Origin: Utricularia gibba
Lineage: Eukaryota; Plantae; Magnoliophyta
Assembly: GCA_002189035.1 (NCBI GenBank)
Contig: NEEC01000013.1
Span: forward strand, 2,976,001 to 3,040,000
Direction of reading: 5' to 3'
DNA length: 64,000 nt
Part shown: positions 48,084-60,192 of the stretch, piece after piece
Numbering within the stretch: the first letter of the stretch is position 1
How the letters are laid out: the number at the start of each line of letters is the position of its first letter
Made by a program: the position numbers and the translations under genes
The notes under the pieces: model-generated
What the model was told of the DNA's origin: nothing
Seen by the model: the letters and a program-made list of their open reading frames with translations, nothing else
The model's database searches: none

Positions 48084-48778
48084 CGGAAACCTTGAGGTAC
48101 CCTCCACGTCTTGTCTTGCTCTCTGTAGGAGTGTTTAAAACTGAAATAGAACGGTTTCTAGAAGTGTATTTATGGTTTTTTTTTTTAGTTTCTAAAATAT
48201 AATGCAATACTATTTGGGCCGTCTTTTGAGTAGGGCGAAGGCCCATTAGTGGTGACGCTGCATCCTTCCACCTAAGCTCCCGTACTTGTCAATGGTGTTT
48301 TTTCTCATCGTTGGCTCATAGGTCAATCAAGACTCGATAATGGGGAAGAAAAAGAAATACAGGGACGTGTATAGTGGGTTTCGATGCTGTCGCGCGTAAG
48401 TGGAGGGTGGGGGCAGCAATTGCGAGTTTGCTAGCAGATTTGACGCACAAAGAGTCAATCTTTTGAAAAGGTCAAATGGAGGTGTGAACGATAGACGAAG
48501 TCCTCGCCAACGGGCCACCCACGTTTACTTTTGAGACCCAGACGACCTGTTCTTCAAAGCTCTCGCTCCAATTTCAGGTCCCCAACTGCCAACTCCTTAT
48601 TCAAATTAAATTTTCCACCTTTTTCAATGGGTTTTTGTGAGGATCATTTTGCTGCGCTGGGCTTTCAGATGGTAGTTGTCAAAATTGTCAAGGGGTGAAT
48701 TGCTAATTTCAACTGTTTGAGAAATTGCAATATATATTCCATCTTTTTCTGCTACTCTCTGCATTTTGGAGTTTGAGA

Positions 48779-51303
48779 ATGGAGAAAGGAGTCAGCAATG
48801 TCCTACTCTTCTTTCTGCTCATGTTCCCACTCTGCTCTTCACTTCCCATGTGCAATGACTTGGGTAAGCTTGCTTTTTTGGCACTGATTGTTCCTAACTT
48901 CGTGTATTCATTTCTTCGATTTGGTTGTGTAGGCGCACCAAGTAGAGTGAATGGCCGTCTGGGTTTTTGCCGTTACAGTGGGAATGCTTGCTGCAGCTTA
49001 TCAGAAGACAGAGATCTTGAGAGGGAGTTTCTGGCGATGAATATTTCTGATTCAGCTTGCGCTGCAGCTGTTAAATCAGTTATATGCGCTGTAAGTTATC
49101 TGAATCCCAGGTTTTTTGAGAGGATCAAGATCTGAACTTTTTCGCGTTTCACCTCAGCGTTGTGACCCCTTTGCTGCACAATTGTTCGACGCGGAATCAA
49201 GTCTCAGACCTCTGCCGTTTCTCTGCAACTCCGCAACTGGGAATTCAAATTCGAGCTTCTGCTCAACGGTTTGGGGTTCTTGCAGGGATGCATTGATATC
49301 GAATTCACCCTTCGCGCCGGCATTGCAGACTAGAGCTCGAGTCTCTCGTAACGCAACGGTATCGAGGCTAACGGATTTCTGGCAATCGGAATCCGATTTC
49401 TGCAGTGCTTTTGGTACAAACCCAGACGCGAATTCCACTTGCTTCAATGGCGGACCTGTTTCACTCAACGTAACAAACACAGTTTCTCCGCCAAGAGGTT
49501 TGTGCCTCGAGAAGATTGCAGATGGAGCTTACATCAATTTGATTCCTCATCCAGATGGATCAGACAGAGCTTTCTTCTCGACACTCAGCGGCAAAGTTTA
49601 CCTTGGCGTAATACCTGGACAAGATTCAGGATATGTAATGGGATTAGAGGAATCCAGCCTGTTTGTTGATTTGTCTGATCAAGTTCATCTCGACACAACA
49701 TTTGGAATGACGGGGCTGGCATTTCATCCCAACTTCGTAAGAAACGGCCGCTTCTTCGCTTCGTTCAACTGCGACAGAGAAACGAACCCGAATTGCAGGG
49801 GACGATGCGCCTGCAATTCAGATGTAAATTGTGATCCATCGGAGCTTGTTACCCCCGGAGAACAACCGTGCAGATATCACACTGTTATAGCTGAGTACAC
49901 AGTCAATGGAACTGCTTCAAATTCTTCAACGGTAAACATTTTTCTATCTGGATTTGTTCAGTAAGTGAAGAAAAACATATCTTTGGATTAAGCCCCTTTT
50001 CATTACTTTCAGGCAAGTGCAACAGAAGTAAGAAGGATTTTTACCCTGGGGTTACCCTTTTCAGCAAACCATGGTGGCCAAATTCTTTTCGGTCCTGATG
50101 GATATCTGTACTTTATGATGGGAGATGGGGGAGGTAGAGGAGATCCGTACAATTTTGCACAGAACACAAGGTCTGTACTCGGGAAGATCATGAGAATTGA
50201 CATAGACAATATTCCCAGTAAGTATCCAGGGCCATCGAAATCTTGATCTTGATCATTAGTCTTGTGTCTGTAGCATCTATTGAGTGATAAACCTGCGTTG
50301 GTTTCAAGGTGAAGATGAGTTACAAAGGCTACGGAGATGGGGAAACTATTCTGTTCCTCAAGATAACCCGTATTCAGATGACAACCAAATGGAACCAGAA
50401 ATATGGGCCTATGGTTTCAGAAATCCTTGGAGATGCAGCTTGGACTCAGAAAGGCCTTCTTACTTCTTCTGCGGCGATATTGGCCAGGTTAAATTCCTCA
50501 ATTCTTAATGCAGTTGATGACTGCCATTAACTTACTGTTTGAAACAAGTTGCTTTGTGTTCTTACTGTGATGTTAATTCAGGATCTGTATGAAGAAGTTG
50601 ATCTCATCTACAAGGGAGGAAACTATGGCTGGGGTGTATTTGAAGGACCTCTTTCTTCTCAGAACCGCAGTATTTCTAGAGGCCACACTTCTGCTCAAAG
50701 CATAGATCCCATCCTTCCGATTCTGGGTTACAGCCACTCCCAGATAAACAGACTAGGCTCTGCAGCCATTGTTGGTGGATACATGTATCGTTCACAAGCT
50801 GATCCATGTGTCTCCGGAAGGTAAACATGAAAGAACGAGACCCTTTACACCTCTCCATGTGTCTTCCTGATGAGCTGGGATCTTAAAACCATTTTATGAT
50901 GCTTGGCAGTTACCTGTACGCCGATCTGTACTCCAATCACATCTGGGCGGCGCCGGAGACACCGAGTGGCAGCGGAAACTTCACTGCCACAGACGTACCA
51001 TTCACTTGTGCAGGAGACTCCCCCATCGCATGTGCCTTGGTCCCAAACAGCACTCTTCCTGTTCTTCAGTTGATATTCTCTTTTGGAGAAGACAACAGAA
51101 ACGATGTCTATATTTTGGCACAGAATGGTGTTTATAGAGTTGTTCGTCCCAGCAGATGCAACTACTCGTGTTCAAGGGAAGTTCTGATCTCCAGGTCTCG
51201 TCCACCTGCTCCTCAACAATCTTCAGGATACAATGCCCTCTCTCATCTCCCCATTCTCCCTCTTTTTGCAGCATCATGGCTCTTCCTAATGTTTCTGTAC
51301 TGA
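48779..51303 (+). CDS. HIPL1: HIPL1-like protein (Cys-rich N-domain plus glucose/sorbosone dehydrogenase-type propeller, GPI-anchor-like tail), 7 exons
   Basis: Signal peptide, LGFCRYSGNACCS, GLAFHPNFVRNGRFF, HGGQILFGPDGYLYFMMGDGG, EIWAYGFRNPWRCS, hydrophobic C-terminus. Confidence 0.93.
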
Positions 51304-52044
51304 CCCTGTAAAACCACTACTTTTTGTCGACTTGCTTTCGTGTGTGATTGTTGTTCATTGCTATGACTGTAGAAAAACGGTACTGAATGAGCATCTCGGA
51401 AAATTCCTCAGTGCTCACGTTATTAATGAACGCCATGCCAAAAACGAAGACCTGAAATTTTCCAATCCGTCACCCGAACCACCGGCTTCACTTTCTCCCT
51501 CCTCGAAGGGGAAGTTGCAGTCAGGAACCCACCACTGGAATCTCAAATCCGACGGATACCACCAACCGAAGCCGACTCCATGAAATCAAAGAGTCGAGCG
51601 GCCTTCTCCTACTTGTACCCATTCTGAATCGGGCCTGCTCATCAATGAATGGGCTGGGCTTCAGCTATTCACTGGTTGCCGGCAGACTGAGCACCGAAAC
51701 GCTCTCGGAGATACTGGAGAAGGCGAATTCGCCGAAGATGATCCCAGATTACTCTTGGATTCCAGTCCCCAGAGCAGAGAACAGTCATTTGGTTTGGATT
51801 CAGTATTGTGAATCGTCCATTAAGGCCATTTCCTACCCCGCAAATCCGTTAATACAAAGGGATTCGAGTTTGTATGCGAATCGAAGTGGACGCCGTCGGA
51901 ATTTTTCACCGGCGAAGAAGGGAGCTTAAGTGATGTTCCGTCGGATTCCGCCTACTGTCCTTAGCTTCTTTCTCCCACCAAGTGTTTGTGACGTGTTCTC
52001 TGAGAAGAAAAAACCAGCCTTTTTCCACTCCGGTGATCTTTTTT

Positions 52045-52838
52045 TTACGACGATGGCCTTGCACTGTCTTGTGCTTTTATTTGCGCCCTACAGCCTTCTC
52101 CAAACATGGCTTTTTTCAGTCGTTTGATGTCTGCTAGTTTCACAGGCTTCACAATGAAATCTTCAGCACCTTCTTCTAAACATCTGGTTCAGAACAAACA
52201 GAAGTCGTTATTGTTACATCGCAGACAAATGAAGAGTTTCTGCTGCAGATTTCGAGCACGTTCTTTCACCTGTGGATTCTGGCTACCACATTTTCAGATG
52301 ACATGATGACAACAGGAATTGTTCGAAGATTAGAGGAGCCCTAGACAGATCAGACGAAGGAAACAACAGTTTAGAAAGACAAGAAGCTTGAGAAATTGGT
52401 GCAAGTCATTCGTTCATATTCAACCTTGATCTTTTTCAGTAGATCGTAGCCGGTCATTCCAGGCATGCAGTAATCCGTGATTATCAGATCCACTTTTCTT
52501 ACATCAAGACCAATTGCATCTCCATCTGAATCCAAACCCAAGAACTGCAGAGCCCTCCGCCCGCTATCCACAGTAGTAACTGCAGCAAAACCCACAAAAA
52601 TTTCAAAAAACTGCAACAGGGATGGAGGAAACTAGCTGAAAGAGGTATGTGTTTTTGTGACGCTGACACCCGCACCTTTGAAGGAAGTGATATTGAGCAA
52701 GCGTTCAATGACTTTTCTGTCGACAAGACTGTCATCCACAGCAAGAACATGGACAGCTTTCTCTGATTCCCCGTGGGGAGAAGGAGAGGAAGTCCCCTCG
52801 CTCTGACCCAATCGCCAAAAGGCTTCATTTTTCGCCAT
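52045..52838 (-). CDS. Type-A cytokinin response regulator, 4 exons
   Basis: [75 protein letters not shown]; DD-D-K receiver residues present. Confidence 0.95.
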
Positions 52839-53570
52839 ACTCAGCATCAATCTCAAGTGCCCAGACGAAGAATCCCCAAGAAGAAGACGATGCAGAGAAG
52901 GGTGGGACTATATATTGAAGGAAACGAGATCCATGCGAATCAGACTGCGGAGGAGGCCCCATATGTCTACACGATTCACTCACCCACCAAATCATTCTCC
53001 ATTGAAAGTATTTCTTATTCTTCTTCTCAAAAGAACAAGATCTCGAAAAGCGAATCCGGCGATATCTTCTTCTTCTGTTGGTATTATGCAAAAGAGCATA
53101 TGGGATAATACTCGAGATTCTGATATCCACTCCGGTTCGCCGAGGTGGGGATCTCCGGTATCCTACAATGACGTTTTTGCGATAACAGGCTTGTTACCAT
53201 CCTCGAACTGCAAGCCAATTTAACTCTCCACTGGATTTGTCTGTGGATGCAGTACGGCCGTCGATCGTGGATGCTGCTCTGCAATTTTGTCCGTTGATGG
53301 GATAGGGCTCCCAGTCCCAGACCCAGTTCGGTAATGCATTTTCTATTTCGGATTTTGTTACGTCAAATTTAAAAATATTTCGAAAATTATCAAAAGAGGA
53401 TTTTTTTTTTTTTTTTTGTTAGAAAGATTAGGAAAAAATAATGTAAATTTTAACGAGACGTGTCCAAAGTTGAAATGAACAGCGTCAAAAATAGGGGAGG
53501 TTAGGCATGAAAGATCGGGGTGGATGAAATAGATTGAAGACTGGGGTCGTTCCTCCTGGCAGCAACGGCG

Positions 53571-55916
53571 ATGCTTTCTTCTCAGGGAAAGATTTTGTTG
53601 CTGCAACTTGCGGTTTTTCTAGGGTTCTTAGGTGGAGGAATTGAATTGGGGGATGCTTTTAAGCTGCCCTTCATAGTGCAAGATGTTCTTCCGGTTTTAC
53701 CGCATGAGATATCATGGCCCGTGCTCAATAACCTCCACGCTGCTGTGGATTTGCTGCCGCAGTATGTGGGATCCATCACGCCGGATAATGGGACAATCAA
53801 TTGGAAGGGCTCTTGTTTTCTTGACAACGTAGCGAGTATCGAGGTCACCGGTGATGGCGATAGGGGAATCGGAGGCGGCGTCGTTCGGATTTCGGTTTGT
53901 CTATTCGTGTTCTATAATCTCACTGCAGTTGTGGATGGGAATTTTAGAATATCATGTCTGAACATAGCTGTGTTAAGTTCGATTGACGGATGGGTACTTT
54001 TGATGAACGGAACTTGGAACTAGGTGTTTCTAGAAAGACCCAAAAATAAGATTCTTTGTTGATTTTTCGTGTCAAAATGATGTTTTTATGCTGTCAATCT
54101 GTATTTGTTCCTTGATTGTGGATTCAGTTTTTATGTCTAGAATAGAATCTTGAGAGAGAATCTGGAGGGTGTTGAGACAGAATCAAAGAAGCATCGTGGA
54201 GAATCTGCGCATATTGAATAGGCCATATGTATGCCTCTGTTTTTTCTTTCAAGGGTTGATTGCTTCTTCTTTCCTCAGACATCTGCTGCGCATAGCTGGA
54301 CGTGCATGGATCTGTATGTGTTTGCCACACCCTATAGAGTGACCTGGGACTACTACTTCACTTCAAATGATCACACATTGAGCATTGGATCTTGGGAAGA
54401 GCCTGCTGAACTGGAATATGTAAGAAAGAGCTTTAAGATTGATACTGGTGTTGCATGGTGAGATAGTTGAAACTGGCGTTCTGGGCAGGTGAAGAAGCAT
54501 GGTTTGTCAGTCTTCCTCATGCCATCAGGAATGCTTGGAACGCTCCTCTCCTTGGTTGATATCTTGCCTTTATTCTCAAACACCGGATGGGGCCAAAGTG
54601 CTAATTTAGCCTTTCTGGAGAGACACATGGGTGCGACATTTGAGAAGCGAAGTGCTCCTTGGCGTTCCACCATTAATCCTGCAGATGTGCACAGTGGTGA
54701 CTTTTTGGCTGTTTCAAAGATTCGTGGGCGGTGGGGTGGATTCGAGACACTGGAAAAGTGGGTCACGGGTGCATTCGCTGGGCACACCGCTGTGTGCCTC
54801 AAGGATGAAGATGGTGGCCTTTGGGTGGGTGAATCCGGACACGAGAATGAAAAGGTACTCTTTTCTGCCAATGAAAAACAAGAGCATAGTTGACATTGTG
54901 CCTCGGATGCTTTCTGCTGCAGGGCGAAGAAACGATTGCTCTGCTTCCATGGGACGAGTGGTGGGAACTCGCGCTCAAGGATAGCTCAAATCCACAGATA
55001 GCTTTGCTGCCCCTGCACCCCGAAGTGCGTGCGAGGTTTAACGGCACCGCCGCCTGGGAGTATGCTCGTCAGATGGCTGGCAAGCCGTACGGTTACCACA
55101 ACATGATATTTAGTTGGATCGACACTGTTGGCAACAACTACCCTCCACCTTTGGATGCCCACTTGGTACGCAGCTATCTCTTCGCCAAGGAATGTTGTTG
55201 GTTTATATATACTGCGGCGCGATGCCTCTCTACTAACTAATGGGGGCCTGCAGGTTGTTTCTGTCATGTCAATGTGGACGAGGATGCAGCCAGCATACGC
55301 TGCCAACATGTGGAATGAAGCTCTGAATATGCGACTTGGAACCAGGGTGAGTTCACAGTCCATGCCTATGCCAGGCTGTTACTTGATGCTGTTGAAGTTA
55401 AAGAAAGCTGGCTCCATTGGTGTTGATTCAGGATCTGGACCTGAGGGAAATTCTGGGTGAGACGGAACGGCGGGGCATTACCTTCGATGAGCTGCTCACC
55501 ATCCCTGAGAAGGATGAATGGGTTTACAGCGACGGCAAGTCTACAACATGCGTGGCGTTTGTTCTGGCAATGTACAAAGCAGCCGGGGTGTTCTCTCCCA
55601 TCTCGGATTCCATTCAAGTGACTGAGTTCACGGTTAGTACATCAATCACCTGCGTTTGTCTGCCGTCTGTCTGTCTGTCATCATCACACTTGGCTCCTCG
55701 TAGATCCGGGACGCTTACATGCTCAAGATATTCGAGAACAACGCGACGCGGCTTCCGGGGTGGTGCAACCATGCGGAGGATCAGCTGCCGTTCTGCCAAA
55801 TACTCGGTGAGTACAAAATGGAACTGCCGCATTACAACACACTGGAGATATATGCAAATATGAATGAGAACTGCCCTTCTTTGCCTCCGTTGTATGAGCG
55901 GCCTGCTCGCTGTTGA
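53571..55916 (+). CDS. Conserved uncharacterised secreted plant protein (At1g70160/At4g27020-like), 7 exons; candidate permuted papain-like amidase
   Basis: Signal peptide; exons splice in frame to about 520 aa with HSGDFLAVSKIRGRWGGFETLEKWVTGAFAGHTAVCL, AWEYARQMAGKPYGYHNMIFSWIDT and STTCVAFVLAMYKAAGVF. Confidence 0.88.
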
Positions 55917-56194
55917 TGACGGGACACGGCCGCGGACACCTGCTGCTCAAGGTGCGTGTGCGTTTTACTAGGCCTCTTTATCTATAGTGTGGGTGGCTAC
56001 GCTCAAACATGTAAATGCATCAATGGGACGTGACAGCATGGTCTTGCGAGTGTTGTTGCTCTGTGACGATGTTAGTATTTAACATGATATCGTCGTATAC
56101 AGTCCGTCTGTAATCCCTCCCATGTCCATGCCTTGGACCAAAGGGCTTTGTTCTAGTCAGATGAACCAAACCACAAGCTGAAAGTCAGAATTAC

Positions 56195-57137
56195 TCACTT
56201 CTGGTGTGTTTTGCTCCGTTCGAGAAGCTCTTCCCAATCTACAAAGCGCTCCAACAACTCCGTCTCCTTCAAGACCAGGCAATCGTCATCCTTCCCGAAC
56301 CACTTATACCGGTTCTTCGCAATGTAGTCATAAACAGCATCCCTTAGTGGGGCTGGAATCACCGTAAGCCCGTGTAATGCAGAGTAAGGAAGAGGCAGAT
56401 AGGATAAGACCTTTAAAGCAGCTGTAAAAAAAATTGTAACACCTGGAGTTAGGTGATCAGCAACTAGAAGATGACATCAGGAGATATAGAATCACACCAG
56501 ACCTGCAGATCCTTGATGGTATGAACCAGGACCCTCGACAAACAGGAAGCGACGAAGAACATCCTCTCGCTGTAGTCCACTGGCTCTCAGGTAAGGCTCG
56601 GCACCTTTTGATTGCAGACAACAGAACTTAATTTTCCTGTCCTTATCAGCGTGTATAACCCACTTCACCCCTGCAGATCAGCAATCCACATGACAAGGGA
56701 AGTGTTAATGGAGCACCTCCCTACTCTAACACTAGACTAAGCAAAATCCCCGGACAGCACGCCCTCAAGACGGTAAAGACTTTACACCGTTTTCCGAGTA
56801 AACACAAACAGTATCTTGTTCTCCCACTGTGGGCGATATCAAAAAGCACAAGAAACATACTGCATCGAGGAATGAAGAACAGTTAGTTACCAAAGTGACA
56901 CAGGTGGCAAACGCCGTCGTACACGACGACACGCCGCTGGAGCAGAGATGGCAGAGACGAAAGTTCCAGTATCGCTGATTCAACTGGCAGCACCTGATCC
57001 GATACCGCATATTTCATCATCGATGTCCAGGACATAGAACCCCCACGGAACCGCATAAGCGGTGGCGAAGATACCGAAATCCGATCCACCGCCATACACT
57101 TCGCCAGCGCCAGTGCCGCAGTCAACGACCTCGCCAT
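56195..57137 (-). CDS. DCC-family thiol-disulfide oxidoreductase (DUF393), organelle-targeted, 3 exons
   Basis: VVVYDGVCHLCHFG | VKWVIHADKDRKIKFCCLQS...RFLFVEG | AALKVLSYLPLPYSAL..IPAPLRDAVYDYIAKNRYKWFGK. Confidence 0.92.
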
Positions 57138-58027
57138 TATGACTTACTTACAGCAAAGTTGAGAGCGTTCTACAAACTCCACCATCGCTTAACTTCTTAG
57201 CAAGAAATGCAGTTACTTACAAGTTTTGAATCCCTTATCAGCGCTTCCGTTCTTCATCCAATTTACTCCCTTTTTTTTTTCAAAAAAATGCTACTGAAGT
57301 AATGACCCATTTTGTGGCATGTGAACAAGGATGTGTGGCGCAATCTATCTCGGACCCTTGAAGCTCACAGGGCCAAGAGCTGGTTTTACGAGCCACGGGT
57401 TCAAATTTAGCAGCCGTTTAATCTTACTGAGAGGCTGTCCTTAGAGCCAATCAGCTCGGCCAGCTGCATCCACAAGGATCATCCGCAACTTATTCCACAT
57501 TTTCTCTCCAAACAAGCTCCAGTCACTCACTTCAACAAAATCATTAACAGTTGTTAACCCTAATAACACTCACCTGGTGTGTAGATTCGCCGCAAAGCAA
57601 GTGAAATCATCTATCGAATCAGTCAGTTTGCAGATTATTCTCTTCTTCTATTCATGTGTGTTTCTTAGGCTCGCTACTTGTTTCGTAGACTAAACTCAGC
57701 CGGATCGATTTCTAAATCTGGCAAATCAATCCAAGTATACATGTATCTTACCATCAGTTTCTACACAAAAATTCACAAATCGCAGAAAATCAAACCAAAT
57801 AACTAAATCCGACGCCGACAAAAAGGGTATTACAAGCAAAAACACATTCAAGAAAACGGAAAAAGGAAATACCTCCGACGCAAACCTTGCCTCGCGGCGA
57901 GAAGGCACCTGAAAAGGGTAGTCTGATTGTATATATAGATACCCGTTGGGCTCGTGAGAAGCCCAATAATGCAGCCTCGGCCCAACATCTCTTCGGGTAT
58001 CCGTTTCCAGGCATTAAAAAAAGTAGA

Positions 58028-58060
58028 GGGGAGTGGGAATGGGAATGGGAATGGGATGGG
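58028..58060 (+). other. G-quadruplex-capable (GGGAAT)n tract between the divergent DCC and CYCD1 genes
   Basis: GGGGAGTGGGAATGGGAATGGGAATGGGATGGG: six G-tracts with 2-3 nt loops. Confidence 0.6.
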
Positions 58061-58560
58061 TTTGAAGGGTCAAATGTGTCAGAGATAAATGTATGCATGC
58101 ATGCTCTTGCTATTTACTGAAGACGAAGCGGACAGCGGAGAGCGATGAGACGTCTCCTCTTCTTGTCCCTACCCTGCCCTCCCGGCCCTATCATATTATA
58201 TTATAATATTCTGTGCCCTCCCTTCCCCTTCCCTCCCTTGCCAGATGTTTATTATATTCATTCTTCCCGCTCCCCAACTGCTGGCGCCAAGAGCAACCCG
58301 CGCTCATTTTCCCACTTATTTATTTACATATAAAATCACCCAATCCCCAATTCAAATTACTTAAGCAACCTCTACTAATTAATCGCAATAAGAAAAAAGA
58401 AAAATAGCCTGACTTACCTATATCCATCCCATCTATATATTTATCTATCTATCACTGGAGGGAAGTGAAGAAGGCACTGGGGATCCTACTCACCGGAATT
58501 GTGCCGGCTTTCCCACGAGATATGTGAATCACGGCGGAGGTGGTGGCCGTCTCGTTAGGC

Positions 58561-60192
58561 ATGTCCATGTCCTCCTCCGACTGCTTCTCCTCCTCCGATC
58601 TTCTATGCGGCGAGGAGTCCAGCGTTGTTTTCTCCGAATGCGGAAGCGACTCGCCTGAGTACGCATCGGATCTCGAATCTCCGTTGGAGGATTCCATCGC
58701 CAGGCTTCTGGAGGAAGAGAGAGGTTTCGCCGGAATCATTTCCCGTCGGCCTCTCCAGCCCATCGACAACGCCGCGAGGTTTGAATCCGTCTCGTGGATC
58801 CTCAAGGTAATACCCTTCGTTTCTTCAGCTAATTCTTACTCCTTCGTCCCCGGCGGTCGCGGCAGGGATTCGATCTGTAACTGTTTAGCGCGCGCCCCTG
58901 GAGTCGAATTCCAATCCTAGAGCCCGATGAAATAGTTGGTCACCGTCGCGGGCTTAACGGAGATTCGATTTGTCGTTACAGGTGCAACGTTATTACGGGC
59001 TCCAGCCTCTGACGGCGTTTCTCTCCGTCAACTATTTCGACCGTTTCCTGCACACTCATCCCTTACCCGTAAGTCCCTCCCTCGCCGTGAAAGAGATATT
59101 TTTTTATTTAATATTCATGGTGCCTTTTATTTGTTTAAAAAAATCTATTTAATGCAAATTAATTTTCTGAAATTGGCGAAATTTTCCGATCTCATTCCGT
59201 CAGTGGCAATGCAACTGGTATTGCCGGATGTGGAGTTTCATTAAATTGCTATACAATGTTTCACATGTTGAGACCCAGTCATAAAGGTGTCTGGCCCGTT
59301 TCCAACATCCTGCTCTGCCTTCATTTATTTAACATCATTGAATATTAATGGAAATTTTAGCATTAAAAAGACATATTAATGGAAATTTAATGCATCAGAA
59401 GATGAATGGATGGCCTCTGCAACTATTGTCTGTGGCGTGTCTGTCTTTAGCAGCTAAGCTAGAAGAGCCTCTGATACCTTCGCTGCTGGACCTACAGGTG
59501 ATTCTGGTTTAAGGGTTTTTAAACATGATTGATTATTGTCGTCAGGTGTTAATTTTTGCATTAGGTTGAAGATGCCAAATTCGTTTTTGAGCCAAGGACG
59601 ATCGAAAGGATGGAGCTGTTGGTGCTTAAAGTTCTGGATTGGAGACTCCGATCTGTTTCGCCGTTCTGCTACCTCAGATTTTTCTCACTCAAAATCGACC
59701 CATCTGGGACCTACTCCGCCTTCGTCGCGTCCAAGGCTAAAGATAACATTTTGTCAACAATTAGAGGTATTACCTAATGTTTGTTCAGTGCGATTCAGTT
59801 TCTGAAACTGAGAAAATTTTTATGCCACAGAAACAAGCATCGTCGAGTACAAGCCATCATGCGTTGCGGCAGCTGCTGCGCTTTGCGCAGCAAAAAATCC
59901 GCAGAACTGGTCATTCGCCGATCTCTGGAGGGATGGACTCCACAAAGTACGTAAAGCCCATGATGTTTCTTTTTTTTAATGAAGGAAAAAAATCCTGATG
60001 TTGCCACAATTCTCGCCCCTTTGGCAGGATGATATCATGAGTTGCTACCAAAAGATCTATCAGATCTCCATGAAGTCAGAGCTCCAAGCGATGTCTACAT
60101 TAAATTCAAGCGATTCCTCTCCACCCTTTAAAAGGAGGAGACTAAATGATGAATTATGGGAAGATGAGGATAACGGAGAAGTATCTGATTAG
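58561..60192 (+). CDS. CYCD1: D-type cyclin CYCD1, 6 exons
   Basis: LLCGE (LxCxE RBR-binding) near the N-terminus. Cyclin box ARFESVSWILKVQRYYGLQPLTAFLSVNYFDRFL...GWPLQLLSVACLSLAAKLEEP...MELLVLKVLDWRLRSVSP. Confidence 0.95.

Noticed and set aside
59200-59240. Intronic sequence resembling the start of CYCD1 exon 3 (AMQLVL)
   Set aside because: The alignment needs three gaps in about 35 bp and hits a stop quickly; not distinguishable from chance.
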